From a virus (lineage: Duplodnaviria > Caudoviricetes), in IMG/VR virus record IMGVR_UViG_3300029305_002366, positions 32,001 through 96,000 of that record: 64,000 nucleotides of DNA; one strand, given 5' to 3'. The translations under genes and the position numbers were made by a program. Positions 1 to 9,643 of this stretch are shown here, one piece after another (the stretch's first letter is position 1; every line of letters starts with the position of its first letter). The notes under the pieces are model-generated. The model did no database searches and was not told where the DNA came from. It saw only the letters and a list, made by a program, of their open reading frames with translations.

Positions 1-650
1 GCTTTTGTAATGTCATCAATATACTTACCAACGATATTAGAACGCTCTTTCTCAATTTGAAGAATACCTCTATCAGAACCGTTAGAACCAAGTAGGCTAA
101 CTTTGCCACCTTCCTCAACAGCGTAATTAAATTTCTGTAAGTCACCAGTTGCTTGCTTTGCAGAAATACTAAAACTCTTTAATGCTCCTTCTGCGTTCCT
201 TTCCCATGTTGTCCATATCTCAGTAGTTTGACCCAGTGTGTTCTTTGTTTCTTCAAGCAAGCCTTTAAGAACCGCATCAGCTTCTCCTTTTAAATTGCTA
301 CGCAATAACTTACCAAGTTCTTCTACCTGAGACTGAGCAGACATTTTATCTATCTTAACCGTTGAAGTTGTTGCACTATTATCTGACTGTGTTTTAGAAG
401 CCACCGTAGAAGCAATAGATTTAGCATCAACTCCTATATTAAGTTTGAGTTTGCTTGCCAACGTATTCAGTTCGCCTTGTAATTTATTTACAGCTTCACT
501 ACTTGTGTCTATATGACATTGAATATTTAAGCCATTGTCTTTTAAGCCATTCAGTTCACCAGATATTACCTTTAAATCTTCTTTTATTTGTGACTTAGAT
601 TTATTCTTATTAAGTCTTGCAATCAAGTCTATAAAAGCATTTTTACTCAA
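1..650 (-). CDS. Tape measure protein, N-terminal part (runs off window)
   Basis: TTG start at 650 after AAGGTGG RBS (MSKNAFIDLIARLNK...); reading frame appears open toward position 1; follows tail genes. Confidence 0.6.
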   Translation of the reverse strand, partial: MSKNAFIDLIARLNKNKSKSQIKEDLKVISGELNGLKDNGLNIQCHIDTSSEAVNKLQGELNTLASKLKLNIGVDAKSIASTVASKTQSDNSATTSTVKIDKMSAQSQVEELGKLLRSNLKGEADAVLKGLLEETKNTLGQTTEIWTTWERNAEGALKSFSISAKQATGDLQKFNYAVEEGGKVSLLGSNGSDRGILQIEKERSNIVGKYIDDITK

Positions 651-664
651 ACATTTTCACCACC

Positions 665-1234
665 TTATCTATATAAATTCCTTGAACGTAATTTATCAAA
701 TTTAATTTTAATTCCAAACTTATTCGTTTGATTCCATTCTGCAATACCATCTTCGATAAAGCCTACACCACTAAAATGAGTTAACCCATCTACTCTACGT
801 CCTATTAACCATTCTAACTTAGGGGCATACCAACCATAGTTCATTGTAAGCAATGTTGATGTTTCGTGTTCGTCTTTGATAGGAATTATTCTATCCTCCA
901 ACCAATATCCGTTGTATTCATGAATATCAGTCCAACGAACTTCACTAAGATTTTTATGATAATCTAAATCATCATGAACGCAAACCGATAAAGTAAGAGT
1001 TTTTTTATCAACTCTTATGTCTGCTAAATCCTCTGCATAGAGCGCACCTTGCAAACGATAAGTACGCTCATATACCTGTGGATTATATTTGTCATACCAT
1101 GCATCTATATATTTTTGAATACAGCGATATAACCTATTGACTTCATCTTTGAGAACTTCTGCAATAGTTCTACCATCATCAACCTTTGCGTATTGTAATG
1201 AAATCATATTGAGTTGTTCTTCAATAGAAGCCAT
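665..1234 (-). CDS. Hypothetical tail-region protein
   Basis: 189 aa ORF in tail operon. Confidence 0.6.
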   Translation of the reverse strand: MASIEEQLNMISLQYAKVDDGRTIAEVLKDEVNRLYRCIQKYIDAWYDKYNPQVYERTYRLQGALYAEDLADIRVDKKTLTLSVCVHDDLDYHKNLSEVRWTDIHEYNGYWLEDRIIPIKDEHETSTLLTMNYGWYAPKLEWLIGRRVDGLTHFSGVGFIEDGIAEWNQTNKFGIKIKFDKLRSRNLYR

Positions 1235-1240
1235 TACTTA

Positions 1241-1753
1241 TCACTCCTTTTCAATTATTGCTTCTGCAACTTTCTTGTCATCAAGTCCTTCAAGTCTTGT
1301 TGCAAGTTTCTCGAATACACTTGTGTCTCCCATTCTAAAGGCAAAGTCACTAAGAGTATCGCACAGATAATCAAATGAATTTTTCTGTGTGCGAATCTTG
1401 TATTCCAGTCCGTCATTTACTGCATTAATAATTTCATGATATATAGGTAATTCTGCAACCTTGTTCTCAATGATGTTATACCAATCTGACTGAGATACCT
1501 TAAATACTTCCTCAATAGGCATATCTCCCAAATCAATATCAGTAAACGTTGTCAATATCATATATCTTGTTGCAACATCTTTAAACTCAGGCACGTATTT
1601 GTCATTAGGAAAACAGCCATCAATAACCATATTAACCGCTTCTGAAAACTCATCTACTGAAAGAAAGTTTTTTATCTGTACTATTGCCTTTCCAATTTTT
1701 ACCTTTGAATGAGAAAGTGGATATTTGTCTGTAAGCTTATTAATATTAATCAT
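1241..1753 (-). CDS. Putative tail assembly chaperone
   Basis: Acidic 170 aa ORF between tail tube and tape measure genes; positional call. Confidence 0.4.
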   Translation of the reverse strand: MININKLTDKYPLSHSKVKIGKAIVQIKNFLSVDEFSEAVNMVIDGCFPNDKYVPEFKDVATRYMILTTFTDIDLGDMPIEEVFKVSQSDWYNIIENKVAELPIYHEIINAVNDGLEYKIRTQKNSFDYLCDTLSDFAFRMGDTSVFEKLATRLEGLDDKKVAEAIIEKE

Positions 1754-1755
1754 AA

Positions 1756-2328
1756 TTATTCTCCTTTAGTTTTAGATTCTTCAATTGATACAGCGTATCT
1801 TCCAATGGCAATGGCATCACTTACGTCATTGACGGTTAATGATAAATCATACCATTCGTTTACTTTACGCATAATATCCTTTTTGCGTTCTGGTCTTTTT
1901 ATTTTCTTATCGTATTTACCCCAATAGTTTATCCATGTATTTTCAGCAACAATCTTAATAGGGATTACTTTCTTATGACAGATGTGCAAGACAAATCCTT
2001 GTAGTCTTGCAAGATTAAATTCACTCTTAACATTTTGACTTGAAAATATATCTTCCATATAAATCATATCAGGTCTATATTTGTCAATAAGATATTCAAT
2101 TCTATCCGAAACAATACAGATACGATTAAGAATATTCTTGTATATAATTTCTGGCATGGTTACTTGATAAAGGTGTTCTTCTTCTTTAAGAACCATATCA
2201 GTTATTTTCTTGCTTGTAGTTTTTTTCATTTCAATAAGTTCGTAGTAAACAAGTTCTCCATTATCAAAAACACTTAGTCCTGTTGAAGAACTACTCTGGT
2301 CTGTTGAGAGTATAATCACTCTTGTCAT
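1756..2328 (-). CDS. RuvC-like Holliday junction resolvase
   Basis: Motifs LSTDQSSSSTG, IYMED, DVSDAIAIG. Confidence 0.75.
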   Translation of the reverse strand: MTRVIILSTDQSSSSTGLSVFDNGELVYYELIEMKKTTSKKITDMVLKEEEHLYQVTMPEIIYKNILNRICIVSDRIEYLIDKYRPDMIYMEDIFSSQNVKSEFNLARLQGFVLHICHKKVIPIKIVAENTWINYWGKYDKKIKRPERKKDIMRKVNEWYDLSLTVNDVSDAIAIGRYAVSIEESKTKGE

Positions 2329-2339
2329 TCCTCCTTGTT

Positions 2340-2379
2340 AAAAAAATAGGGGCAAGCCAATCGTAATTAACTTGCCCCT
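2340..2379 (-). terminator. Intrinsic terminator candidate
   Basis: AGGGGCAAG...CTTGCCCCT stem followed by a T-run on the minus strand. Confidence 0.55.
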
Positions 2380-2384
2380 TTCTT

Positions 2385-2702
2385 TTATTCATCGTCAACG
2401 TCTTTATCGACTGACTTGCTTTTTGGTTTAGGTACGCTCTTAGGAGTGCCTTTTGCTATAATAGCCTTGATATCTGTTGTTATAGCTTCAAGCAGATTTA
2501 ACTCAGTATCAGCTTTGATATCAAGATGCTCAAACATTTCTGTAGCTTCTTTGGGATTTATGATGCCCTCTCTGTACTCTGAAAGAATCTGGTGAATCTG
2601 ATAATGTTCTTCCGAACAGGTGAATCTTTTCCAACCATTTGTTTTATTGCAGTTCAGACAAGCATCGTATTCCTTGCCACAAATCCAACAGTTATTCTTC
2701 AA
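2385..2702 (-). CDS. Small Cys-rich hypothetical protein
   Basis: CxxC...CxxC...C N-terminus, directly downstream of tail tube gene. Confidence 0.6.
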   Translation of the reverse strand: MKNNCWICGKEYDACLNCNKTNGWKRFTCSEEHYQIHQILSEYREGIINPKEATEMFEHLDIKADTELNLLEAITTDIKAIIAKGTPKSVPKPKSKSVDKDVDDE

Positions 2703-2716
2703 ATCAAATCACCCCA

Positions 2717-3547
2717 TTAAACAGTAGGAAGATTTGGGAATACCTGTCTGAAAAGCTGTTTCTCATCGTCACAATAATCCTGCTGTGCTGAGAATGAGAA
2801 TGGGAACGTATCTGTTCTACCAAATGAAGCAGTAGTAGAAGCTGAAAGCTGTGCTTTAGGGAATACTGTATAACCTGCCTGTGCGTTACCGCAAGCATCC
2901 TTAAACAGACCCTCTACAACAATCTCAATATCTTCGGGGAACTTATCAGCAGAGTCAATAACAGCCACACAGTCCTCGGAATTGAAGTCATACTCAACAA
3001 ACAGCTTATCACCAATTGCGATATCGCCCTCGGCAAATGTCAGTGTATGTGATTCAGCAGTATAAGTAAATACACCAGCACTTGTTGCATCACCCTGTCT
3101 AAATCTCTTGTTTACACTACCGTCCTTATTAAGTGTACAAACAGAAATCTTATATGCAGGTGTAGCAGTTGAACTAACATTTGCCGCACTGTACTTCATT
3201 ACATATGTAGTAAGAGTATCACCGTCAGCATATGTTTTAATAGGGTCAGAAATAGGAACGATAACACCGTTACCAGTTGTACCAATTGTCTTACCTTCAC
3301 CATTGAGTTGCTGTGCATAAAGGTCAAGATTCCAGAATGTTTCATCACCTGTAAACTCTGCTGTCTTAGCGTTCATCCATCTTGCGAGTGTTGAACCTTC
3401 TGCATCTGTCTTTACTTCTTCCTGTGCATCGGTTGCAAGAGAACCATTTGCTACCTTACCTGTAATGAAAAGAATTTCGGCAGTAAGACGATTTCTACCA
3501 ACAATACGCTGAATTATATCTGGAATTACACTATTAACTGTTGCCAT
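2717..3547 (-). CDS. Major tail tube protein
   Basis: 276 aa, Thr/Ala/Gly-rich; position matches SPbeta-like tail tube. Confidence 0.65.
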   Translation of the reverse strand: MATVNSVIPDIIQRIVGRNRLTAEILFITGKVANGSLATDAQEEVKTDAEGSTLARWMNAKTAEFTGDETFWNLDLYAQQLNGEGKTIGTTGNGVIVPISDPIKTYADGDTLTTYVMKYSAANVSSTATPAYKISVCTLNKDGSVNKRFRQGDATSAGVFTYTAESHTLTFAEGDIAIGDKLFVEYDFNSEDCVAVIDSADKFPEDIEIVVEGLFKDACGNAQAGYTVFPKAQLSASTTASFGRTDTFPFSFSAQQDYCDDEKQLFRQVFPNLPTV

Positions 3548-3565
3548 ATAATCACTTTCCTTTCT

Positions 3566-4306
3566 TTAATCCTTGACTTCTCTGAGCCAATTAAAATTAT
3601 TCTTGTTTATTTTACTCAAATCTAACTTACCTGAGTATACACCCATACTTAATTGATTTGAGCTTTCAACTATATTAATACTTTTTATAGCATCATAGAA
3701 AGCATAAACTTTCATGTCCCATACTTCATTTAATTTATATTTAAAATAAGGGTGGTTAGTCGCTCTTGATATCATAGTCCTTAAACTTGATTTCGGTGTA
3801 CTTCGTTTTGCAAACTCTAATTCATCATAGGCATATTCAATCATCTTCTGCTTTGTATATTCGTCTGCCACACCCTTAAACTGAGGTGGGGGAATTGAAT
3901 GAATAGTACGAATAGTGTCAGCAATTTGTTTATAAGTTCTTTCAGTGATAGTAATATTTTTATTTCTTAATTCAACTTGCTTCTTTTCTTCATTTATAAA
4001 AACCCTAAAGGAAGAAAAGTCTAAATCCCCAAAAAGAATCTTAGTATCATCTTTGTTTAAATTCTGACACAACGCACAGAACAATTGAAAGTCTGTTATC
4101 TCAGTAAAGTCATATCCCTCTTTGTCAAGTTGTGCAATCATATCAAATGGGGAGCATACAAAGTTTGAAATCATAGACATATATTTAAACTCATCATGTT
4201 CCTCAATTTCACCTAACGATGGCTGACGAATATAAATGTCATCATTTATTTTTATATCCTTACCACGCAAAAGACTTAAACCTTGAATCATTGGATAACC
4301 TCGCAC
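3566..4306 (-). CDS. Conserved SPbeta-like tail-region protein
   Basis: 246 aa ORF immediately upstream of tail tube gene. Confidence 0.55.
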   Translation of the reverse strand: MRGYPMIQGLSLLRGKDIKINDDIYIRQPSLGEIEEHDEFKYMSMISNFVCSPFDMIAQLDKEGYDFTEITDFQLFCALCQNLNKDDTKILFGDLDFSSFRVFINEEKKQVELRNKNITITERTYKQIADTIRTIHSIPPPQFKGVADEYTKQKMIEYAYDELEFAKRSTPKSSLRTMISRATNHPYFKYKLNEVWDMKVYAFYDAIKSINIVESSNQLSMGVYSGKLDLSKINKNNFNWLREVKD

Positions 4307-4824
4307 ATATTATCATTGAAATCAACTGCTTGAAATACAATTTGTCTATAACGATGTACATTGTCTTTAAGGCTATAAGGTTCGTTACTTATTCGCTGTA
4401 ACGTGCCTATGCCAAATTCATTAGAACCATTAAACTTTTCATCAATCAAAACCGAAAGGTAGTCTGGACGAATTGCTGATACACCTGCCTTATTCATATA
4501 TAAATCGTCCTGATGGGACAATACATATATGGTTATTGTAGCTATATCATATGTTTTAGGCGCAACGCTTGAAGTAAACCTTCTTTCAATTGCCGTAACA
4601 CCTGCTTCAATACAGATATACGTCTTGGCAATATCTTGTGTTTTTGGCACAAACCAATGAGGAAATAATCTTTTTTTTGATAAAGCATCTTTATCACTAT
4701 CTGCAATCAGATTGTCGATATCCTCATCATCATGTATACCAAGTGCTTCTATAATTCTGTCATCATTTTGAAGTGCTACAAGCATATCGTTCTTTGCCTG
4801 TATTACCAGAGAACTATTTGGCAT
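4288..4824 (-). CDS. Putative tail terminator/completion protein
   Basis: Size and position in neck cluster. Confidence 0.45.
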   Translation of the reverse strand: MPNSSLVIQAKNDMLVALQNDDRIIEALGIHDDEDIDNLIADSDKDALSKKRLFPHWFVPKTQDIAKTYICIEAGVTAIERRFTSSVAPKTYDIATITIYVLSHQDDLYMNKAGVSAIRPDYLSVLIDEKFNGSNEFGIGTLQRISNEPYSLKDNVHRYRQIVFQAVDFNDNMCEVIQ

Positions 4825-5858
4825 TATATCACTCCCTTTATTGTTATTAATAGTTCTGCTTGTCCATCATTAGTAGTTGCAATTAATTTAAAATGACTGC
4901 CAACTATATTTACATCGTTAACACATCTAATGACACACTGATTATCAGTTTGTTCTAAACTAACTTTATTCACAAGTGAAGTGTCATGCAATAAACTGAA
5001 AACAACAGAAGTTTCATTTTCAATCTTAAATGTCTTACGTCCACCAATCTTAATCTCTGGATTTCCCTTATAAGATATTACAATTGGAATAGTTGGTTGA
5101 GGTATATCATTGGGGTCAACATAATCACACAAACCTAATTCTAAATCGTCTACATCAGGATTATATACATCCTCTGTAAACAACAAGCGTATAATGCGCC
5201 TATCATTATAAGAATAAGGTACTTTTGATGTTGAAGTTATTTTATAAACTTCTGGTGGATATGCAGTAGTATAATCAATAAACATACGTCTATCACGTTT
5301 AAGACCAATTGTATTATCATCAAACGATATCCAACACATAAGCTGATTATAAGGTGTTCTGATTACACTATTTACATCATTAACACCACTATTATATTGA
5401 GAAGCATCTTCTATAAAACAAGGATAATTGTAAACAATTCCTTGTTTATTTTGCCAACGCAATGTGTAATTACACTCATGTATGACAGACTTAGTATAAA
5501 TATGATTCTGGTCTGGCATTGTCATAATAAGATATATTTGCCAATCACCTTTAGTATCTTTTACCTTTACATACTTATAATTGACAAGTATATCTGAAAT
5601 GCGTGTAAGTATCTGTCGTTTCCAACCCTGAGTATAAGCATCGGGAGTTACATTCTGAATAACCGCCTGTGTTTCAAATTCGGTTTCAAACAAACCAGTT
5701 TCGATATCATATAAACCATTACAAAGAAAAACAGTTTGCCCTAACTTAGTTTCAGTTAAAACTTCATCAAAGGCATCTGTAACATAATTGTCCCATTCGT
5801 CATTTTCATATCCGCTATTCATTGTAGGTTGCGGTTGTATAACATACCATGATTCCAT
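4824..5858 (-). CDS. Putative head closure/neck protein
   Basis: 344 aa, CNYTLRWQ motif, position in neck cluster. Confidence 0.5.
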   Translation of the reverse strand: MESWYVIQPQPTMNSGYENDEWDNYVTDAFDEVLTETKLGQTVFLCNGLYDIETGLFETEFETQAVIQNVTPDAYTQGWKRQILTRISDILVNYKYVKVKDTKGDWQIYLIMTMPDQNHIYTKSVIHECNYTLRWQNKQGIVYNYPCFIEDASQYNSGVNDVNSVIRTPYNQLMCWISFDDNTIGLKRDRRMFIDYTTAYPPEVYKITSTSKVPYSYNDRRIIRLLFTEDVYNPDVDDLELGLCDYVDPNDIPQPTIPIVISYKGNPEIKIGGRKTFKIENETSVVFSLLHDTSLVNKVSLEQTDNQCVIRCVNDVNIVGSHFKLIATTNDGQAELLITIKGVI

Positions 5859-5869
5859 ACCGCATCACC

Positions 5870-6265
5870 TCAATTATATCCATGCCTTTTCTGTTTATGA
5901 AGATACTCATTACATCTTTGAAGTTCAAGTTCTAAGTCTGCCTTAGTGGTTCGTTTGCTTTCGTCACTTCCTGTTAACTGAATATCTTTGCCATGAAAAC
6001 CTTGTAATTTTTCAATCCTACTTAGTTCTCTTGTAAGATATTCAGTATACATTATCATGCCTAAAGTATATACCACCGTTCTATTATGCTTTGAATCAAA
6101 CTTGCTTTCGTCCTCGTTATAATCAAGATGGTCTATTTCAAGTTCGTAGTAAGCAAGGGCTGACTCAAAGAACGCATTTTCTAATCCAGTAGGTAATGGT
6201 TGTTTTTCTTGAAGATGAGTATGAAAACTATTCAACACATCTTCAAAAGTTGTTGTGTCAGCCAT
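5870..6265 (-). CDS. Putative head-tail adaptor
   Basis: 131 aa helical ORF downstream of capsid gene. Confidence 0.45.
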   Translation of the reverse strand: MADTTTFEDVLNSFHTHLQEKQPLPTGLENAFFESALAYYELEIDHLDYNEDESKFDSKHNRTVVYTLGMIMYTEYLTRELSRIEKLQGFHGKDIQLTGSDESKRTTKADLELELQRCNEYLHKQKRHGYN

Positions 6266-6282
6266 AGTCTCACCACCTTATC

Positions 6283-6744
6283 TTATTCGTCAATCTTCAT
6301 TTCTGTATACTTTTCAACAAATTTAATCTTGTTATGGTCGTTGATACCAAGTTTCTTAATTGTTTCAATAAGCATTTTCTTTTCAGCTAAAGTTACAACT
6401 GTTTCGGTAATAGCCTTTTCAAAAGACTTCTGTGTTTTAATCTCAAAAATCTTTTTAATCTTATCTTCATTAATAATATCCTGTGGCTTTTCCTCTGTCT
6501 CAAATCCAACAAACACCCTTGTTTCCTTATCGTCAACATAAATATATGGATGCGAGGAATCATAATTCTCTCCGCAGAATAAAATACTCTGTGACTGAAT
6601 CTGAGAAATAACTTCTGCCCTATCAATAAGAACTGATGTATTGGGTGGAAGGTTCACCTCTCCATTACCATTAATTCTTTTAAAACCCACAGGGAAGTTT
6701 GTAAGGTTCTTTATTGATATATTTTCATTCATATTAAGATTCAT
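6283..6744 (-). CDS. Hypothetical protein downstream of capsid gene
   Basis: 153 aa ORF with GGAGG RBS. Confidence 0.6.
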   Translation of the reverse strand: MNLNMNENISIKNLTNFPVGFKRINGNGEVNLPPNTSVLIDRAEVISQIQSQSILFCGENYDSSHPYIYVDDKETRVFVGFETEEKPQDIINEDKIKKIFEIKTQKSFEKAITETVVTLAEKKMLIETIKKLGINDHNKIKFVEKYTEMKIDE

Positions 6745-6807
6745 TAAAAAATCCTCCTTGATTAATTAGTGGGGCAGTTTACACTACCCCACCTTTTTTT
6801 AATTCAA

Positions 6808-7896
6808 TTATGATACAGTGTCAATAAGACCAATCTTGTATTCCTCGCCCTTTGCTACATCAGCGGCTACTTCAAGGTCATATCTTGTAAGCAGTCTACC
6901 AGTTGTAATATCAGTGCCAGTCATGGATGTAAGACCGCCCCTTGTCCAAAGCTGAACAGGTGAAGTAACACCAGTAGGAACTACATAAATATATCTGTCA
7001 TCTGCAACCTTATCAAACCATGTACCTGCGGCATTAAGCTTGCTAACGTCATAAGCATTATCCATACCGTAGATTGTTGCACCCATAATATTTGAAACAT
7101 ATGCGTTCTTAGCAATCTCATTCATAGCGTCCTGAGAAATGTTAATGTAAGGTGTAGCCTGTGAATCTGCATATGTAGCGATATCATTAAGCTTGATAAC
7201 AGCAGAAGTATCACCAACGAGAGTTACCTTACCAAAAGGACGAGCCTTATTAATAACTGTCTGAACGTTTGCTCTTGTAACACCTGCAACAACGTTCTTA
7301 ATTGTAGCGTTACTTACTGCATTAATTACCTTGTCGAACGCATAAGAAGCCGCCTTGTTTCTCATATCTGTCTTGATGTTTTCAATAAGAATGTTTTCAG
7401 CGGACATATCGCCAAACTGTGCCTTACGATAATCTACCTCATAACCTGCACCAAGAGATGTAGAGGGAACAGTATACTTATCAGCATAATTGAAGCTGAA
7501 AGGTACGTCACCATTAAGAGCCTGTCCTCTTGTGTTTACACTCTGCTTGATAATCTTACGCTCAATTGTTTCATCATAGCCAAGATTCTCGTAACCACCA
7601 AAGAAGCCAAGCAGTTTGAGTTCTTCAAGAAGCAGAGGGTTTACCACATAACTTCTAATAGTGTTAATCTCGGAAATAGCAGAAACATCACCTGATTCTG
7701 CTCTTGCGTTAAGTTCCTTAATAGCTGTTACGCATCTATCGCCACACTTAACACCGTTGGTGTCCTTGATATTCTCAATGGACTCACCCTTGACAAGCGC
7801 AGAAAAAGTCTCTACGATGGGAGATGTTGAGTGAAGATTCTTGTTTACTGAATCTCTACGGCAATTTGTCATTTCATTTATTTCAAATGTTTTCAT
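6808..7896 (-). CDS. Major capsid protein
   Basis: 362 aa, follows protease/scaffold and decoration genes, hairpin downstream. Confidence 0.75.
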   Translation of the reverse strand: MKTFEINEMTNCRRDSVNKNLHSTSPIVETFSALVKGESIENIKDTNGVKCGDRCVTAIKELNARAESGDVSAISEINTIRSYVVNPLLLEELKLLGFFGGYENLGYDETIERKIIKQSVNTRGQALNGDVPFSFNYADKYTVPSTSLGAGYEVDYRKAQFGDMSAENILIENIKTDMRNKAASYAFDKVINAVSNATIKNVVAGVTRANVQTVINKARPFGKVTLVGDTSAVIKLNDIATYADSQATPYINISQDAMNEIAKNAYVSNIMGATIYGMDNAYDVSKLNAAGTWFDKVADDRYIYVVPTGVTSPVQLWTRGGLTSMTGTDITTGRLLTRYDLEVAADVAKGEEYKIGLIDTVS

Positions 7897-7923
7897 ATTT
7901 TATTACCTTCCTTTCCTCTTTGA

Positions 7924-8373
7924 TTAAGCGGCAATCTTAATAAGCACTCTTACACCAATAGGAGTAATTGCAAGTACCTCAAATGCAATGTCGCCAGCAG
8001 TAGCAGTATCTTCCTTAAACTTAAAAGTTGTAGCATCGAATGTAAGAGTATCACCTACTGCAATATCAGCGAATGTACCTACGATATTTTCCTTTGTTAC
8101 AGTAAGTTCCTTACCAACCCAATTTGAAAGCTTAAAGAGATTTACATATTCGCCCTGTGCGATTGTGTATTCAAGGTCATACTCATTGTCTCCCTCCTGT
8201 GTATTAAGAACAATATAAAGTTCCTCACCAGTTGCAGGGGCTTTTGTTGTCTGAGTTGTACCTGTGTAAGTAAGACCTACAAGCGCACCGTTAGGCAGGT
8301 CTGCGTGTGCAGTTACATTAGGTGTGCTGTGTGCTGAGTGTTCAATCATTTCAACTGTAAAAACCTTTACCAT
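7924..8373 (-). CDS. Head decoration/capsid stabilising protein
   Basis: 149 aa beta-rich ORF between scaffold and capsid genes. Confidence 0.55.
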   Translation of the reverse strand: MVKVFTVEMIEHSAHSTPNVTAHADLPNGALVGLTYTGTTQTTKAPATGEELYIVLNTQEGDNEYDLEYTIAQGEYVNLFKLSNWVGKELTVTKENIVGTFADIAVGDTLTFDATTFKFKEDTATAGDIAFEVLAITPIGVRVLIKIAA

Positions 8374-8396
8374 AATAAAACCATCCTTTCTTGTAA

Positions 8397-9578
8397 TTAA
8401 TAAATAGAACCTTCTACGGGCTGATTAGCCTGAGATGTAGGGTGAATTACCTCACCATAAATATCTGCTGAATTAACTTCAACTACAGGCTCATCCTTCT
8501 TTTCCATTGACTGCTTACCGATACCACGATAAATAGCATCGAGTACAGTATTAATCTCTACGTTAGTAGGGTCTGCATTGAACTTTTCGATTTCATCCTT
8601 TGCGTAGTTCTTCTGCTCATCAGAGAAATCCTTAATAGCTTCATTGAGTTCGCCAAGTCTTTCCTTTGCCATTGCTTCACCAAGAGCCTTTTCAAGAGCC
8701 GCCTTTTCTTCCCATGCCGCATTAAGTTCAGTTTCCTTCTTAGCCATCTCAGCCTTTACGGTTTCAATAGCAGCCTGAATTTCTGCAACAGAAGCATTAA
8801 GTTCATTAATCTTAGCATCCTTATCAGTAATAATCTGATTAAGTTCTGCAATCTTTGTTTCATATTCTGCGTTCTTAGAATTAGTTTCTGAGATTGTATT
8901 CTTTACTGAATCACAAATCAGAGCAAGTGTCTTTTCATCCATTACATTGTCCTCACTTTCTTTATTTTTGTTTTTATTTAAAGAAGCGGCTTCTAATACA
9001 ATTGCATTTTCGTCAGCTTCTTTTACACTTAAAATTGCACTACCGCTAAAGTCAAATTCTTTAGGGACACGATGTTCCTCAGTTACTTCGCCATCGTAAA
9101 TAATATGACCTTTGTTTTCCTCTGTGCCAACTATTTCAATAGAGGATTTAATAGAACTTTCAGCCATATTATCTTTAAGCCATCTTACAAAATTAGGATA
9201 TCTTTGATTGTATAAATATCCTTCTCCTACAAGAACACGCTTTTCTTCGTTGTCGATAACTATGTTTTCAATCTGTGCTGTTTCTATAACACCTACTGTT
9301 TCAGAGTTTTCAAAAAGAGGAATTTGATTTCCATTCTCATCAGTCATTTGGTCAGTATATCCATGTCCTAAAGGAACTGTCTTTGTTTCGTCTGTAAATT
9401 CACAACATAACGGCATACCTTTTGCGCTTTCGATATTATTAAGTACATATTGTTCTCGCCAATTAATGCCGTTTAAATTGGTATCTTCTTCATTTTCATG
9501 AATGGTGAGAAGTGCTAATTTGATATATCGTCTACCACCTTTGGTTTTCTTACTTCCCATTTCGAGAATTGTGTTCAT
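8397..9578 (-). CDS. Prohead protease/scaffold fusion
   Basis: Protease-like N-domain (LGHG, SSIEI) plus Ala/Glu/Lys coiled-coil C-terminus. Confidence 0.7.
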   Translation of the reverse strand: MNTILEMGSKKTKGGRRYIKLALLTIHENEEDTNLNGINWREQYVLNNIESAKGMPLCCEFTDETKTVPLGHGYTDQMTDENGNQIPLFENSETVGVIETAQIENIVIDNEEKRVLVGEGYLYNQRYPNFVRWLKDNMAESSIKSSIEIVGTEENKGHIIYDGEVTEEHRVPKEFDFSGSAILSVKEADENAIVLEAASLNKNKNKESEDNVMDEKTLALICDSVKNTISETNSKNAEYETKIAELNQIITDKDAKINELNASVAEIQAAIETVKAEMAKKETELNAAWEEKAALEKALGEAMAKERLGELNEAIKDFSDEQKNYAKDEIEKFNADPTNVEINTVLDAIYRGIGKQSMEKKDEPVVEVNSADIYGEVIHPTSQANQPVEGSIY

Positions 9579-9643
9579 TTAGTCTCACCACCTTTCAATG
9601 AAATAATAATATAAAAAGAACCGCTAATGTTTTAGCGATTCTT